A DNA stretch of 64,000 bases, taken from Chrysomallon squamiferum (lineage: Eukaryota; Animalia; Mollusca). The stretch spans positions 14,012,001 through 14,076,000 of the forward strand of contig CM022667.1 of assembly GCA_012295275.1 (NCBI GenBank), read 5' to 3'. How positions within the stretch are numbered: the first letter of the stretch is position 1; each line of letters opens with the position of its first letter. Position numbers and translations under genes: made by a program. Positions 1 to 12,728 of this stretch are shown here, in pieces. Under the pieces are notes generated by a model. It was given only the letters and a program-made list of their open reading frames with translations, was not told the DNA's origin and searched no databases.

Positions 1-32
1 CTCAAAAAACACATATTGTTAACAAAATAAAA

Positions 33-65
<33 letters not shown>

Positions 66-627
66 TAAATGAAAGAGAATGTAAAGAAATAAACTGGTTT
101 TGTAAAGTGTATTTATCTCGGAGATCAGACAAATTATTTTAACGCCATTGGCTGGACTTACAGCCTTTTGTCGACTCCTTCTGCTTCAGCATGGTACATA
201 TCGTAGAAGTACTACGTTCGTAATGCCTAGCCAAGTCGACAACATGTACACCTCGCTCATGTTTTTCTATGAATTCAATCTTTAATTCAATGGACATCAT
301 CCGCTTCTTCTTCTCAGCACTGTCCTTTCCACTGACTTTCTTAGGATCTGTGGCCAGAAAATAGAGATTTGGCAGAATACTGCACTAAATGGACCACAAC
401 ACAGCAGAGATGCTTCCGCGGCGAGGTAACCACGCCAAGTAAACGAACGAGGCTAGGGGTGCTGTCCGCATGTTACGTTGATTGTTGCGCCAACTAGCGG
501 CGGCGTATCTGAAGCTCGCTCGTTACTCGCATTTTGGCTCGCAACTCAAAGCAAAAGATCGACAGGGCGACTGCTCTTAACTTGAAAAACACGTAAGTTG
601 GGGCACTCTTAAGTCGAGGTACCACTG
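1..627 (-). mobile_element. Tigger/pogo-type DNA transposon remnant, copy T1 (left part outside window)
   Basis: Terminus reads CAGTGGTACCTCGACTTAAG on the minus strand and is flanked by TA. The minus frame gives DPKKVSGKDSAEKKKRMMSIELKIEFIEKHERGVHVVDLARHYERSTSTICTMLKQKE, a CENP-B/psq-type HTH at the N-terminus of Tigger transposases. The start codon is lost and there is no DDE domain. Confidence 0.8.
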
Positions 628-1141
628 TATATATACATATATATGTGTGTGTGTGTGTGTGGGTGGGTGTGTGCATACACAGACACACACATACACATAC
701 ATATATACACAGAAACATATGGGATGCCAAAAGATGGCAAAATATTGGTGGAAACAAGTAGGTAAATCCCGTGATCACTTTTTATAGGATCTTCTTCAAA
801 TAGAAATTGCTTTGCGCGGCCCGAGTTAATGTAGCTAACAGGCAAGTCAGTAATTTCTCAAGGAGCGATTTACAGTGTCTGCCCATTTCCATCGCATCCT
901 CAGTCTCATGGAGTTTAGCGTAGTCCTAGTTCTTAAAACCTAATTCTATCACTTTATTTGACAGATACTTTACATTTTACAGATATTAAAAAATAAAAAT
1001 TAAAAAAATACGGAACTCTGTTTTCTTTCAGTCTTTCTTTGTTTATTTCATGTTATTTATTTATTACTATTTTTTTTTTTTGTTTCTTTATTTCTTTTTC
1101 TTTATTTTTTGTGTTGAAAATGAAAAATGTAAAATAATAAA

Positions 1142-1204
<63 letters not shown>

Positions 1205-1276
1205 TAAAAAAATAAATAAAAAAAAAAAATAAATGATAAAATTTGATTAGTTTTAGCTTTTGAAAACTAGGCTAGG

Positions 1277-1304
1277 AAATGACGTAATTTATTGGCAGAC
1301 GTTG
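1277..1304 (+). promoter_or_regulatory. Conserved CRE-like element upstream of gene A1
   Basis: aaaTGACGTAAtttattggcagacgttg. The equivalent motif lies upstream of B genes (5017-5046) and, inverted, upstream of gene C (48238-48263). Confidence 0.45.
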
Positions 1305-1490
1305 TTAACGGTTATTACAACAAAACTAATTTCGCTGTATTGTTTTCACGAAGTTTATATTTACTGCTTATCACAAGAGGTATCACTGAATATTTTTCTA
1401 TAATATGTTGTTCTGCTACTAATAGGAATGAAAATAAAACATTCAGTAAATCTTTTGTCGTTTTGTTTTAGTTCTAATTAAAATAAAAAC

Positions 1491-1542
<52 letters not shown>

Positions 1543-1653
1543 TAAAAATAATAATAATAATAAAAGAGAGAGTAAAAACATTTTGACATTCAGTAAGTCA
1601 TATTATCGAACTCACCTTTACTAAATAATATTTGTATTTTCTAGCAAAATAAG

Positions 1654-1721
1654 ATGAGATTATTGTTCGTTCTCTGCATTATGTTTGGTAAAATTTAATT
1701 TCTCATTATTGTCAAATCTCT

Positions 1722-1782
<61 letters not shown>

Positions 1783-2248
1783 TGAATGTATGTCTTTATT
1801 TTTTTTTAAATGAATATTTATGGTCGTTTCAGTTTCATTTTCAGTAATATTATAGTTTAATGCTAATTCTTTCAAAATTTAATATTGAATGCTTTGACGT
1901 TTACTATAAAGGATGTAACAGAAATGTTTGGTAACTGTGTGTATGTGTGTGTGTGTGTGTGTGTGCGTGTGCGTTTTTGTTTTGTACGTATAACTGCGGA
2001 CAGATACCGGTACACGCACGCCTGACGCCAAATGTTCATATAACGTCAATAAGATTTTTACAAACTGGTAATTCTGTTACATGATATGTTCTAATGACAT
2101 TTTTGAAAAACTGCAGCTATAAAACATTGTTTATTTCAGTAACAATACACTCGGGATTTTGTAAATGTGATGTTCCGACAGTGAAAAATTGCATCCGTGA
2201 ATTCCTGAGGAAAAACACAGAACTGAAGAGAAAAGTGGAGAAATGCAG
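1654..2248 (+). pseudogene. Six-Cys GPI-type family, type A copy A1, exons 1-2 only (3' truncated)
   Basis: Exon 1 1654-1687 and exon 2 2140-2248 have intact GT/AG sites and encode MRLLFVLCIMFVTIHSGFCKCDVPTVKNCIREFLRKNTELKRKVEKC. Intron 2 homology to complete A copies stops near 2555, just before the exon 3 acceptor. Confidence 0.75.
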
Positions 2249-2677
2249 GTATGTTCGTACATAAATAAACTATAGTAGGTTTTTATTTATGCTTGTATTT
2301 ACTGATTGATTGATTGGTTGATTCATTCATTGATTTATTTATATATTTTTTATATATCATTTATTTATTTCGTAATTAATTGATTAGTATTGTTTTTGTA
2401 GATATTATACATATACTTATTATTTATATTTTGTTTACATATACATACATACATACATACATATATACACTTGAAAACAAAAATGTCATTCATTCGCACT
2501 CACCGTTATAAACCAAATGGTTTCATTTTTTTAACTCAATGTTTTTGTCGTATATAAAAAAAATAAAAATAAATAAATAATAAATAAATAAATAATTAAA
2601 ACTGAAACTAAACCTTAAATAAAATGTAATAAAATAAAATAAAATAAAATAAAATAAAATAAAATAAATATTTGGTG

Positions 2678-3050
2678 GTTCATGTTAATGCTGACGATTA
2701 TTAAGAATTAAGTGAACCCTACTATCAACTTGTTATAGAGAGGAAAATAAATACTACCTGCATTTCAAATGACAAGAACAGGCAATGGAAAGCAAGAGAA
2801 AAATCAGTTTTGTGAAGAATACTCTCTAAATAGTTTTTGAACATATAACAATTCAGACAAAAAAGAAGATTTTAAAACATTTTTGTATCTGTTATTGAAT
2901 TAATTTTATTGGATCAAGTGAACCTTAATACGAGCTTGCTATAGACAGATTTGGATGTGGATTCAAATAATATATTCGCGATCATCATTTTGAACAAATA
3001 GAATGAATCAACATTTAACAAAACGTCTGCGTCTAAACCTCAAGGACAGC
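2678..3050. pseudogene. Rearranged remnant of a family member: inverted intron-4 pieces fused to a frameshifted last exon
   Basis: 2678-2740 and 2912-2948 resemble 44972-45040 (intron 4 of minus-strand gene C). 2955-3001 is a plus-strand last exon with a 2-nt insertion (corrected: MWIQIIFAIIILNK*), followed by 3'UTR-like sequence. Repeated near 10915-11290. Confidence 0.6.
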
Positions 3051-3370
3051 TTTTGTTAATAAAAAAATAAAAAATAAATAACTAAATACATTAAATTAAA
3101 TTAAATTTAAAAAAAAAAATAATAATTAGCTTATTCTCTATGTTTTAAAAAAATTAATGCTGCTTTTTATCAGCTCTGGGTATAGTGTTATTTTAAAAAA
3201 GTTGTTACAAGACCTTTCATCATGTAAACTGCTGAATCATCCATTTTAGTCACTTGAACTAGAAAACGAGCATATGTGCAGTTTAAGGACTGTTGGAATA
3301 AAGGTGAATACTTTCATCAATCTATCTATTTATTTGTCTAGTTATTTTTTTTCTGTCATATTTTCTTCTT

Positions 3371-3401
<31 letters not shown>

Positions 3402-3871
3402 TTATTATTATTATTTTTTTTATCCTCCTTGAACATGATCAACACCTATCATGCTTGGTGCAGTAATCTCACAGAGTTGTTTGATAATGTCAGAATCTAT
3501 CGGTTTCAGACTCCGCCATCTTTGCTACAAGCTTCGTCCCACGCATATTTACTCAAAAATTCATTAAATAGTTGAATAAATGAGCTTTTACAATATGTCA
3601 GTAAAACATTAAAAATGTTCGAGCCTTTTCCAAGAAATAACTGGCTAAAATTTCATCCGGATTTCACAGCGCAGAAAGCAAGTTAAATTACGTGTACAGA
3701 ACTCGTTAGATTTCTTTGCACGTAACAATACCTGGTTTTCAGTAGACACAGCTCGGCCATGTCCGCTCAAAATATCGATCAGGCGCGTGAAAGCTTCGAA
3801 ATAGCTCACAGTTTCAGAAATTCATAAAAAAAAAAAAAAACAAAAAACAAAATAAAAACAAAAACAAAAAC

Positions 3872-3917
<46 letters not shown>

Positions 3918-3983
3918 TAAATGAAATTAAAAAAAATAATTGCTATTGGAAACTTCATGTTTTTAGAGATAATTGTTTTGTTA

Positions 3984-4022
<39 letters not shown>

Positions 4023-4445
4023 TATTATTATTTAATAATGATGCAAAATATGAGGACAAAAAAAAAAAAAAAAAAAAAAATTAAGCATCTTGTAAGTGTT
4101 TCCAAATCCAGTTTGGAATGCCTATTTAAATTTATTACTTACTATTTATATATTTTTGTAGCCTCAAAATACTATAATAACGAAAAACTCACATCTAAGT
4201 ATACACAAATCAAAGACATTTACCAATAGGCTTAGCAGGCTTTTTGCACCTGGGGTCTAACGAGTATCTGGGGGCCTAGTGAAACTCGTTTGCTGTACTT
4301 CATGTGCTGTCAAATTTGATTATTCTTTAAGTTAACTGCATTTCTTTCATTATTTCAGTATATAAGATGTTCATTATATAAAACTAATTTGATTAAAAGT
4401 AATGAATTGTTACATTCTTATTTCTTTCATTGTACTATTATATTA

Positions 4446-4503
<58 letters not shown>

Positions 4504-5211
4504 GATACCGAAACAGGCCAAAATTTGGGGACCCACCCGTCATAACTTTTTATAGGACCTTCTTGAAATAGAAATTGCTTTGAGAGGCCACAATTAGTCT
4601 AGACAACAGACAAGTCAATAATTTCTCAAAGAGCGATTTACAGTGTCTACCCATTTCCATCCCATTCTCAATCTCTTGGAGTTTAGCGTAGTCCTAGTTC
4701 TTAAAACCCAATTTATCACTTTATTTGACAGATACTTTACATTTTGCAGATATTAAACGGACATATATATATAAATACGGAACTGCCTGTTTTCTTTCTG
4801 ACCTTCTTTATTTATTTAATTTAAAAAAATAAAAAAATAAAAAAATATCGTTTTTCTTTATTTCGTTTTCTTTTTTTCTTTTTTTTGTGTTTGAAATGAA
4901 AAAAAAAGATATATATATATATAGTAACAATAAGTAAGTAAATAAAATAAAATAAAATAATAAATAATACAAAGTGGCACGGTTTGATTAGCTTTACCAT
5001 TTGAAAACAAAGCAGAAAATGACGTAATTTAGTAGCAGACGTCATCAACAAGAGTGTCTTTTTTAAAACTATTAATTTGTCTTATTATACCAAAACTACT
5101 ACTACTAATAACAACAACAGCAATAATAATAATAAAAGAAAGAGTAAAAAAAAGAATACTGACATTTAATAAGTCATATTATTAAACTCTCAAATATTGT
5201 ATTTTCTAGAC

Positions 5212-6165
5212 ATGAAATTACTGTTCCCTCTCTGCATTCTGTCAGGTAAAATTTAATTTCTTATTATATTTAAATATTTTTCTTTCACAGACACATGCAT
5301 ACATACTGAAGAAAAATATTACTGTTTATGTGTTATTAGTACTATTATTATTAATTGTCATATACCTACTATATATAAAGACAAAACTGTAGACTTAGCA
5401 TGTTTCATTCAGCAGTAGTACATTAACGTATGCATTTATTTTTGAAACATGATTATTTACAGTTTTTAATTTCATTTTCTGTAATATTTTAGTTTAATGC
5501 TAATTCTTTTGCCATTCACCAGATATTCATTCATATAACGCCAATAAGAAAACTTAATAATAAACTGCTAATTCTGTTACATGGTATGTTGTAACGACAT
5601 TTTTGAATACATTGTTTATTTCAGTAATAATACACATGGCTTTTTGCGAATGTGATACTGACGCAGCGAAAACGTGCAGAATTGAATTCTTGCACGAAGT
5701 CGATAGTGCAAAGCGCAAAGCTGATAAATGCCGGTATGTTCGTACGAAAATAAGCTATATAGATTTTCTATTTTTTTTTTTTTTTTTTTTGTTGTTGTTG
5801 TTGTTGTTGTTGTTGTTCTTTTATTTATTTATTTATTTATTTATTATTATTTTTTACGTATCACTTATTTATTCAGTAATTAACTGATTAATATTGCTTT
5901 TTGTATTGTCAAGATTATATACATTTCCTTCATTCGCAATCACTGTCATAAACCAAACTGTTTTTACTTTAATTGAATATTTTTGCCATATAACTAATAA
6001 TAATAAATGTTCTATACTTCAGCATAGCACAGAAAATGATGAACTGTTTCATAGAAACCAACTGTTTTAATAACCAAACCAAGACTGGTGAAATACCAGC
6101 CCTGAAAAAAGTACTGAAGGAGAACTGCGGTACGTTTTCTTCACATGTTAAACACCAACGTTTTC

Positions 6166-6200
<35 letters not shown>

Positions 6201-6299
6201 AATAATATTAATAATAATAATTAAAATAGTAATAATAGTAATAACAATAATTAATACATCTACATATATATGTATATACATACATATATATGTATGTAT

Positions 6300-6333
<34 letters not shown>

Positions 6334-7009
6334 GAGCTATCTCTGTGTCTCTGTCTCTGTAATAATATTACAGGTGGTGTCATTGTCCCACGCGCTGCAC
6401 ATAGCAGAGGTAAGTGATTCTTAAGTACATTAATAGCAGGATTCTTGTTTAGAATTGTAATTATGTGTAAGTATGTAAAATTACTACTTTTAAAACGTTT
6501 AAACGTTGCTATTTCGTCTGCGGGAAAATCATCTCAATATGTACAATATATTCCCTAACGACTGTTTTGTTTCTCGAGACGAATCTGTAATAATAACAAT
6601 AATAATATGGCGATGTAATCTTAAGATCCAAATTTATTATCAGAAGATTAGATGTAACAAGGCAAATCATCACTTGTACTGTTATTGATTCACTTTATGT
6701 AAAAATACGGTCTACGCCGGTTTTTTTATTTTATTTCAGCTTCGAGCTTCTCATTTATATTTCTGTCGATCGATTAGAGAACTTCTATTATCATAAGATT
6801 AGTATTTCTCTGAACGCCTGTTAGATTTTTTGTTTCTGCACCAATCAGCTGAAATATGTGTGCATGCTAACAAATATATGTTAATATTCAAAATGAATTA
6901 CCAAATATTTGTCGATTCAATTTGTTTTACAGCTGAGCACCAGACACGCAGATCTCTGTTGTCGATGTGGATTGGAATAGTGATCTCGTTCGTGATTTTA
7001 AGCAAATAG
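5212..7009 (+). CDS. Six-Cys, predicted GPI-anchored surface protein, type B copy B1 (120 aa)
   Basis: Exons 5212-5245, 5625-5733, 6023-6129, 6374-6409, 6933-7009, all GT-AG and in frame: MKLLFPLCILSVIIHMAFCECDTDAAKTCRIEFLHEVDSAKRKADKCRIAQKMMNCFIETNCFNNQTKTGEIPALKKVLKENCGGVIVPRAAHSRAEHQTRRSLLSMWIGIVISFVILSK*. AATAAA at 7067. Confidence 0.88.
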
Positions 7010-7400
7010 ACAGAATTGCACATTGAAAAAACCCATCTGTGTCTAAGCCTCAAAACATCTATCTTTAATAAAAAATTAAAATATTGAAATTGAAATAATA
7101 ATAAATATGAGTAAATAATTTAATCTTCATTGTTATGAATTTGAAGATATATCCTGTTTAAAAATAAATTAATGTTTCTAATATCAGCATTTGTTATAAT
7201 GTACTTTCAAGTTTTTCTTTCGTTTCGTAATGTAAAGACGTTATATTATTATTATTATTATTATTATTAGTAGTAGTAGTAGTAGTAGTAATAGTAGTAG
7301 TAGTAGTAATAGTAGTAGTAGTATCATTATCATAATTATTTTTATTATCATTCATTATCATCATAATCATCACTATTATTAGCATTCTTCTTCATTATTA

Positions 7401-7453
<53 letters not shown>

Positions 7454-7479
7454 TCAACGTTTGAAATAACTGCAGTCAA

Positions 7480-7670
7480 AATGTTTTGTACATTAAATGT
7501 AAATATTATTTACAGTTATATTTTAGTTAAATGCTAATTAATAATAATTTATATTAAATGTGTTGACGTTTTGTAATGATTATAATCAGAAACGTTACAA
7601 TTTAATAACAATACACTTTTTAACTGTGTAACACATACATAAATATATTCATAAATACATACATACATAC

Positions 7671-7717
<47 letters not shown>

Positions 7718-7910
7718 CATACAAGTATTCATATAATTTCAGTAAGAATTTTATAAACTGCTAATTCTATTAAATGGCATGTTCTGATGATCGGGCACAG
7801 TTCTACTGACAATTTTGCAAAACTATAGTTCTGAATTTATTTCCATGCAACACATTTGTTTTTTTGTAAATGCGATAAAACAAACAGTTGAAGTAAGAGT
7901 GAATATCTTA
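7480..7910 (+). pseudogene. Degenerate intron 1 / exon 2 of an older family member (type D)
   Basis: Intron-1-like sequence (aaactgctaattctattaaatggcatgttct) leads to a dead acceptor and TTT TGT AAA TGC GAT AAA ACA AAC AGT TGA (FCKCDKTNS*). Also present near 16.0, 21.5, 28.8 and 33.9 kb. Confidence 0.55.
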
Positions 7911-8544
7911 ATCTATCTCTGTATATCTCTCTTTGATTGTGTCCTTATAAGTTAGCACGTACACAGAAAATATAGCCAGAGTTTGAATCCTTCAAAATTA
8001 TACTTTGTACATTTTCTTACTTCTTTAGTTAGAATTTTAGTAATTATTATTACTATTTATTTTATCTTTTATATTTAAAAAAAAATTATTTACCGTTCTT
8101 AAGCAATAAGCAAAGACCATTTCGGCTAAACACGTTTTACAATTGACGAAGTTCAAAAATCTGTTCCTCAGCACTTTTCAGGCACAGGACAAGTTAATTA
8201 GTAATTTAAGAGAAATTATTACGCAGAGAAACTCCATCGATATTTGACAGAATGTCACGCGATCACCTTCAGTAGCAAATAACTTTTTCAAAATTTGATT
8301 AGAAACATTTACTTTTGTCAAATTATTCTTCATTCGATATTCACCTTTCAAATCAAGTTTTAGGGAAACAAATGAATTTCTGACCAAAATAATAAATAAT
8401 AAATAAAATAAAATAAAATAAATGAATAAATTGATAATAAATAAATATACAAAAAATATTACGTTCACTGAGAAATGAAGGGTAAAAAAAATATGACTCT
8501 GTATATCGTGTACTTCAGTGTCTAAGCCTCAAACGCATCTATTT

Positions 8545-8622
<78 letters not shown>

Positions 8623-8869
8623 GCAACAACAACATACAGAGGTGCTGAATACGATAGAATCTATCATGCTTGATGCAGTAAACTCACACAACGTTGTTTG
8701 AAAATATCTTTCTACTTTCAAAATACTATAATAACAAAAAAACTCACGTTTAAATATACACAAATGAAAGCTATTTTACTAATAATTGATTTACAAATAG
8801 ACGTAGCAGGCCACTGGGGCTTAGGGTGTACGGGTGTATGTATGTATGTATGTATGTATATATATATAT

Positions 8870-9610
8870 CTTGACTTATGAGACGTGTTTAATTTGTTCC
8901 GAGTCCTTTCTCAATTTGCTCGTATATCAAATCAGTTTTCCAACTGAAATTAATTGAAATACCATTAATCCGTTCCAGCCCTCTCAAAAACCACATATTG
9001 TTAACAAAATAAAATAAATAAATAAATAAATAATAATAAAAAAAAAACTAAATAAAAGAGAATGTAAAGAAATAAACTGGTTTTGTAAAGTGTATTTATC
9101 TCGGAGATCAGACAATTTATTTTAACGCCATAGGCTGGACTTACAGCCTTTTGTCGACTCCTTCTGCTTCAGCATGGTACATATCGTAGAAGTACTACGC
9201 TCGTAATACCTAGCCAAGTCGACAACATGTACACCTCGCTCATGTTTTTCTATGAATTCAATCTTTAATTCAATGGACATCATCCGCTTCTTCTTCTCAG
9301 CACTGTCCTTTCCACTGACTTTCTTAGGATCTGTGGCCAGAAAATAGAGATTTGGCAGAATACTGCATTAAATGGACCACAACACAGCAGAGATGCTTCC
9401 GTGGCGAGGTAACCACGCCAAGCAAACGAACGAGGCTAGGGGTGCTGTCCGCATGTTACGTTGATTGTTGCGCCAACTAGCGGCGGCGTATCTGAAGCTC
9501 GCTCGTTACTCGGATTTTGGCTCGCAACTCAAAGCAAAAGATCGACAGGGTGACTGCTCTTAACTCGAAAAACACGTAAGTTGGGGCACTCTTAAGTCGA
9601 GGTACCACTG
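8870..9610 (-). mobile_element. Tigger/pogo-type non-autonomous transposon, copy T2 (~740 bp)
   Basis: Right end GTCGAGGTACCACTG|TA, decayed left end cttgacttatg, and the same HTH-coding fragment as T1. Confidence 0.8.
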
Positions 9611-9619
9611 TATATATAC

Positions 9620-9667
<48 letters not shown>

Positions 9668-9765
9668 GTAAATCCCGTGATTACTTTTCATAGGATCTTC
9701 TTCAAATAGAAGTAAATTCAGTAAATCTTTTGTCGTTTTGTTTTAGTTCTAATTAAAAAAAAAAC

Positions 9766-9826
<61 letters not shown>

Positions 9827-9931
9827 TAAAAATAATAATAAAAGAGAGAGTAAAAACATTTTGACATTCAGTAAGTCATATTATCGAACTCACCTTTACT
9901 AAATAATATTTGTATTTTCTAGCAAAATAAG

Positions 9932-9999
9932 ATGAGATTATTGTTCGTTCTCTGCATTATGTTTGGTAAAATTTAATTTCTCATTATTGTCAAATCTCT

Positions 10000-10040
<41 letters not shown>

Positions 10041-10498
10041 TGAATGTATGTCTTTATTTTTTTTTAAATGAATATTTATGGTCGTTTCAGTTTCATTTTC
10101 AGTAATATTATAGTTTAATGCTAATTCTTTCAAAATTTAATATTGAATGCTTTGACGTTTACTATAAAGGATGTAACAGAAATGTTTGGTAACTGTGTGT
10201 ATGTGTGTGTGTGTGTGCGTGCGTGTGCGTTTGTACGTATAACTGCGGACAGATACCGGTACACGCACGCACTGACGCCAAATGTTCATATAACGTCAAT
10301 AACATTTTTACAAACTGGTAATTCTGTTACATGATATGTTCTAATGACATTTTTGAAAAACTGCAGCTATAAAACATTGTTTATTTCAGTAACAATACAC
10401 TCGGGATTTTGTAAATGTGATGTTCCGACAGTGAAAAATTGCATCCGTGAATTCCTGAGGAAAAACACAGAACTGAAGAGAAAAGTGGAGAAATGCAG
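9932..10498 (+). pseudogene. Type A copy A2, exons 1-2 only; putative promoter region deleted
   Basis: Exons 9932-9965 and 10390-10498 encode the same sequence as A1 with the same 3' truncation. About 630 bp present upstream of A1 (approx. 805-1440, including the CRE-like motif) is missing at about 9712. Confidence 0.75.
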
Positions 10499-12095
10499 GT
10501 ATGTTCGTACATAAATAAACTATAGTAGGTTTTTATTTATGCTTGTATTTACTGATTGATTGATTGGTTGATTCATTCATTGATTTATTTATATATTTTT
10601 TATATATCATTTATTTATTTCGTAATTAATTGATTAGTATTGTTTTTGTAGATATTATACATATACTTATTATTTATATTTTGTTTACATATACATACAT
10701 ACATACATACATATATACACTTGAAAACAAAAATGTCATTCATTCGCACTCACCGTTATAAACCAAATGGTTTTCATTTTAACTCAATGTTTTTGTCGTA
10801 TATAAAAAAAATAAAAATAAATAAATAATAAATAAATAAATAATTAAAACTGAAACTAAACCTTAAATAAAATGTAATAAAATAAAATAAAATAAAATAA
10901 AATAAATATTTGGTGGTTCATGTTAATGCTGACGATTATTAAGAATTAAGTGAACCCTACTATCAACTTGTTATAGAGAGGAAAATAAATACTACCTGCA
11001 TTTCAAATGACAAGAACAGGCAATGGAAAGCAAGAGAAAAATCAGTTTTGTGAAGAATACTCTCTAAATAGTTTTTGAACATATAACAATTCAGACAAAA
11101 AAGAAGATTTTAAAACATTTTTGTATCTGTTATTGAATTAATTTTATTGGATCAAGTGAACCTTAATACGAGCTTGCTATAGACAGATTTGGATGTGGAT
11201 TCAAATAATATATTCGCGATCATCATTTTGAACAAATAGAATGAATCGACATTTAACAAAACGTCTGCGTCTAAACCTCAAGGACAGCTTTTGTTAATAA
11301 AAAAATAAAAAATAAATAAATAAATACATTAAATTAAATTAAATTTAAAAACAAATAATAATAATTAGCTTATTCTCTATGTTTAAAAATAAATTAATGC
11401 TACTTTTTATCAGCACTGGGTATAGTGTTATTTTAAAAAAGTTGTTACAAGACCTTTCATCATGTAAACTGCTGAATCATCCATTTTAGTCACTTGAAAT
11501 AGAACACGAGCATATGTGCAGTTTAAGGACTGTTGGAATAAAGGTGAATACTTTCATCAATCTATCTATTTATTTGTCTAGTTTTTTTTTCTGTCACATT
11601 TTCGTCTTCTTCTTCTTCTTCTTCTTCTTATTATTTTATCCTCCTTGAACATGATCAACACCTATCATGCTTGGTGCAGTAATCTCACAGAGTTGTTTGA
11701 TAATGTCAGAATCTATCGTTTTCAGACTCCGCCATCTTTGCTACAAGCTTCGTCCCACGCATATTTACTCAAAAATTCATTAAATAGTTGAATAAATGAG
11801 CTTTTACAATATGTCAGTAAAACATTAAAAATGTTCGAGCCTTTTCCAAGAAATAACTGGCTAAAATTTCATCCGGATTTCACAGCGCAGAAAGCAAATT
11901 AAATTACGTGTACAGAACTCGTTAGATTTCTTTGCACGTAACAATACCTGGTTTTCAGTAGACACAGCTCGGCCATGTCCGCTCAAAATATCGATCAGGC
12001 GCGTGAAAGCTTCGAAATAGCTCACAGTTTCAGAAATTCATAAAAAAAACAAAAACAGAAAACAAAATATCAAAACAAAAACAACAACAGATAAC

Positions 12096-12135
<40 letters not shown>

Positions 12136-12214
12136 AATTATATTAAATTAAAAAAATAATAATTGCTATTGGAAACTTCATGTTTTTAGAGATAATTGTT
12201 TTGTTCTTTTTAAA

Positions 12215-12273
<59 letters not shown>

Positions 12274-12697
12274 ATAATGATGCAAAATATGAGGAAAAAA
12301 AAAAAAAAATAAAAAAATTAAGCATCTTGTAAGTGTTTCCAAATCCAGTTTGGAATGCCTATTTAAATTTATTACTTACTATTTATATATTTTTGTAGCC
12401 TCAAAATACTATAATAACGAAAAACTCACATCTAAGTATACACAAATCAAAGACATTTACCAATAGGCGTAGCAGGCTTTTTGCACCTGGGGTCTAACGA
12501 GTATCTGGGGGCCTAGTGAAACTCGTTTGCTGTACTTCATGTGCTGTCAAATTTGATTATTCTTTAAGTTAACTGCATTTCTTTCATTATTTCAGTATAT
12601 AAGATGTTCATTATATAAAACTAATTTGATTAAAAGTAATGAATTGTTACATTCTTATTTCTTTCATTGTACTATTATATTATCACATTATCACCCC

Positions 12698-12728
<31 letters not shown>

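Noticed and set aside
3274-3303. ATG TGC AGT ... AAG|gtgaat as an alternative first exon
   Set aside because: It is in the wrong phase for exon 2 and is not hydrophobic. The 34-nt signal-peptide exon is conserved in all subtypes.
5212-7009. Assignment of the family to Ly6/uPAR three-finger proteins or to secreted toxins
   Set aside because: There are only six mature cysteines and no CCxxxxCN motif, the sequence looks helical, and a C-terminal membrane/GPI signal is present.
7950-8515. Possible TIR element inside the type-D remnant
   Set aside because: The inverted termini are too weak and no target-site duplication is visible, so it is left unclassified.
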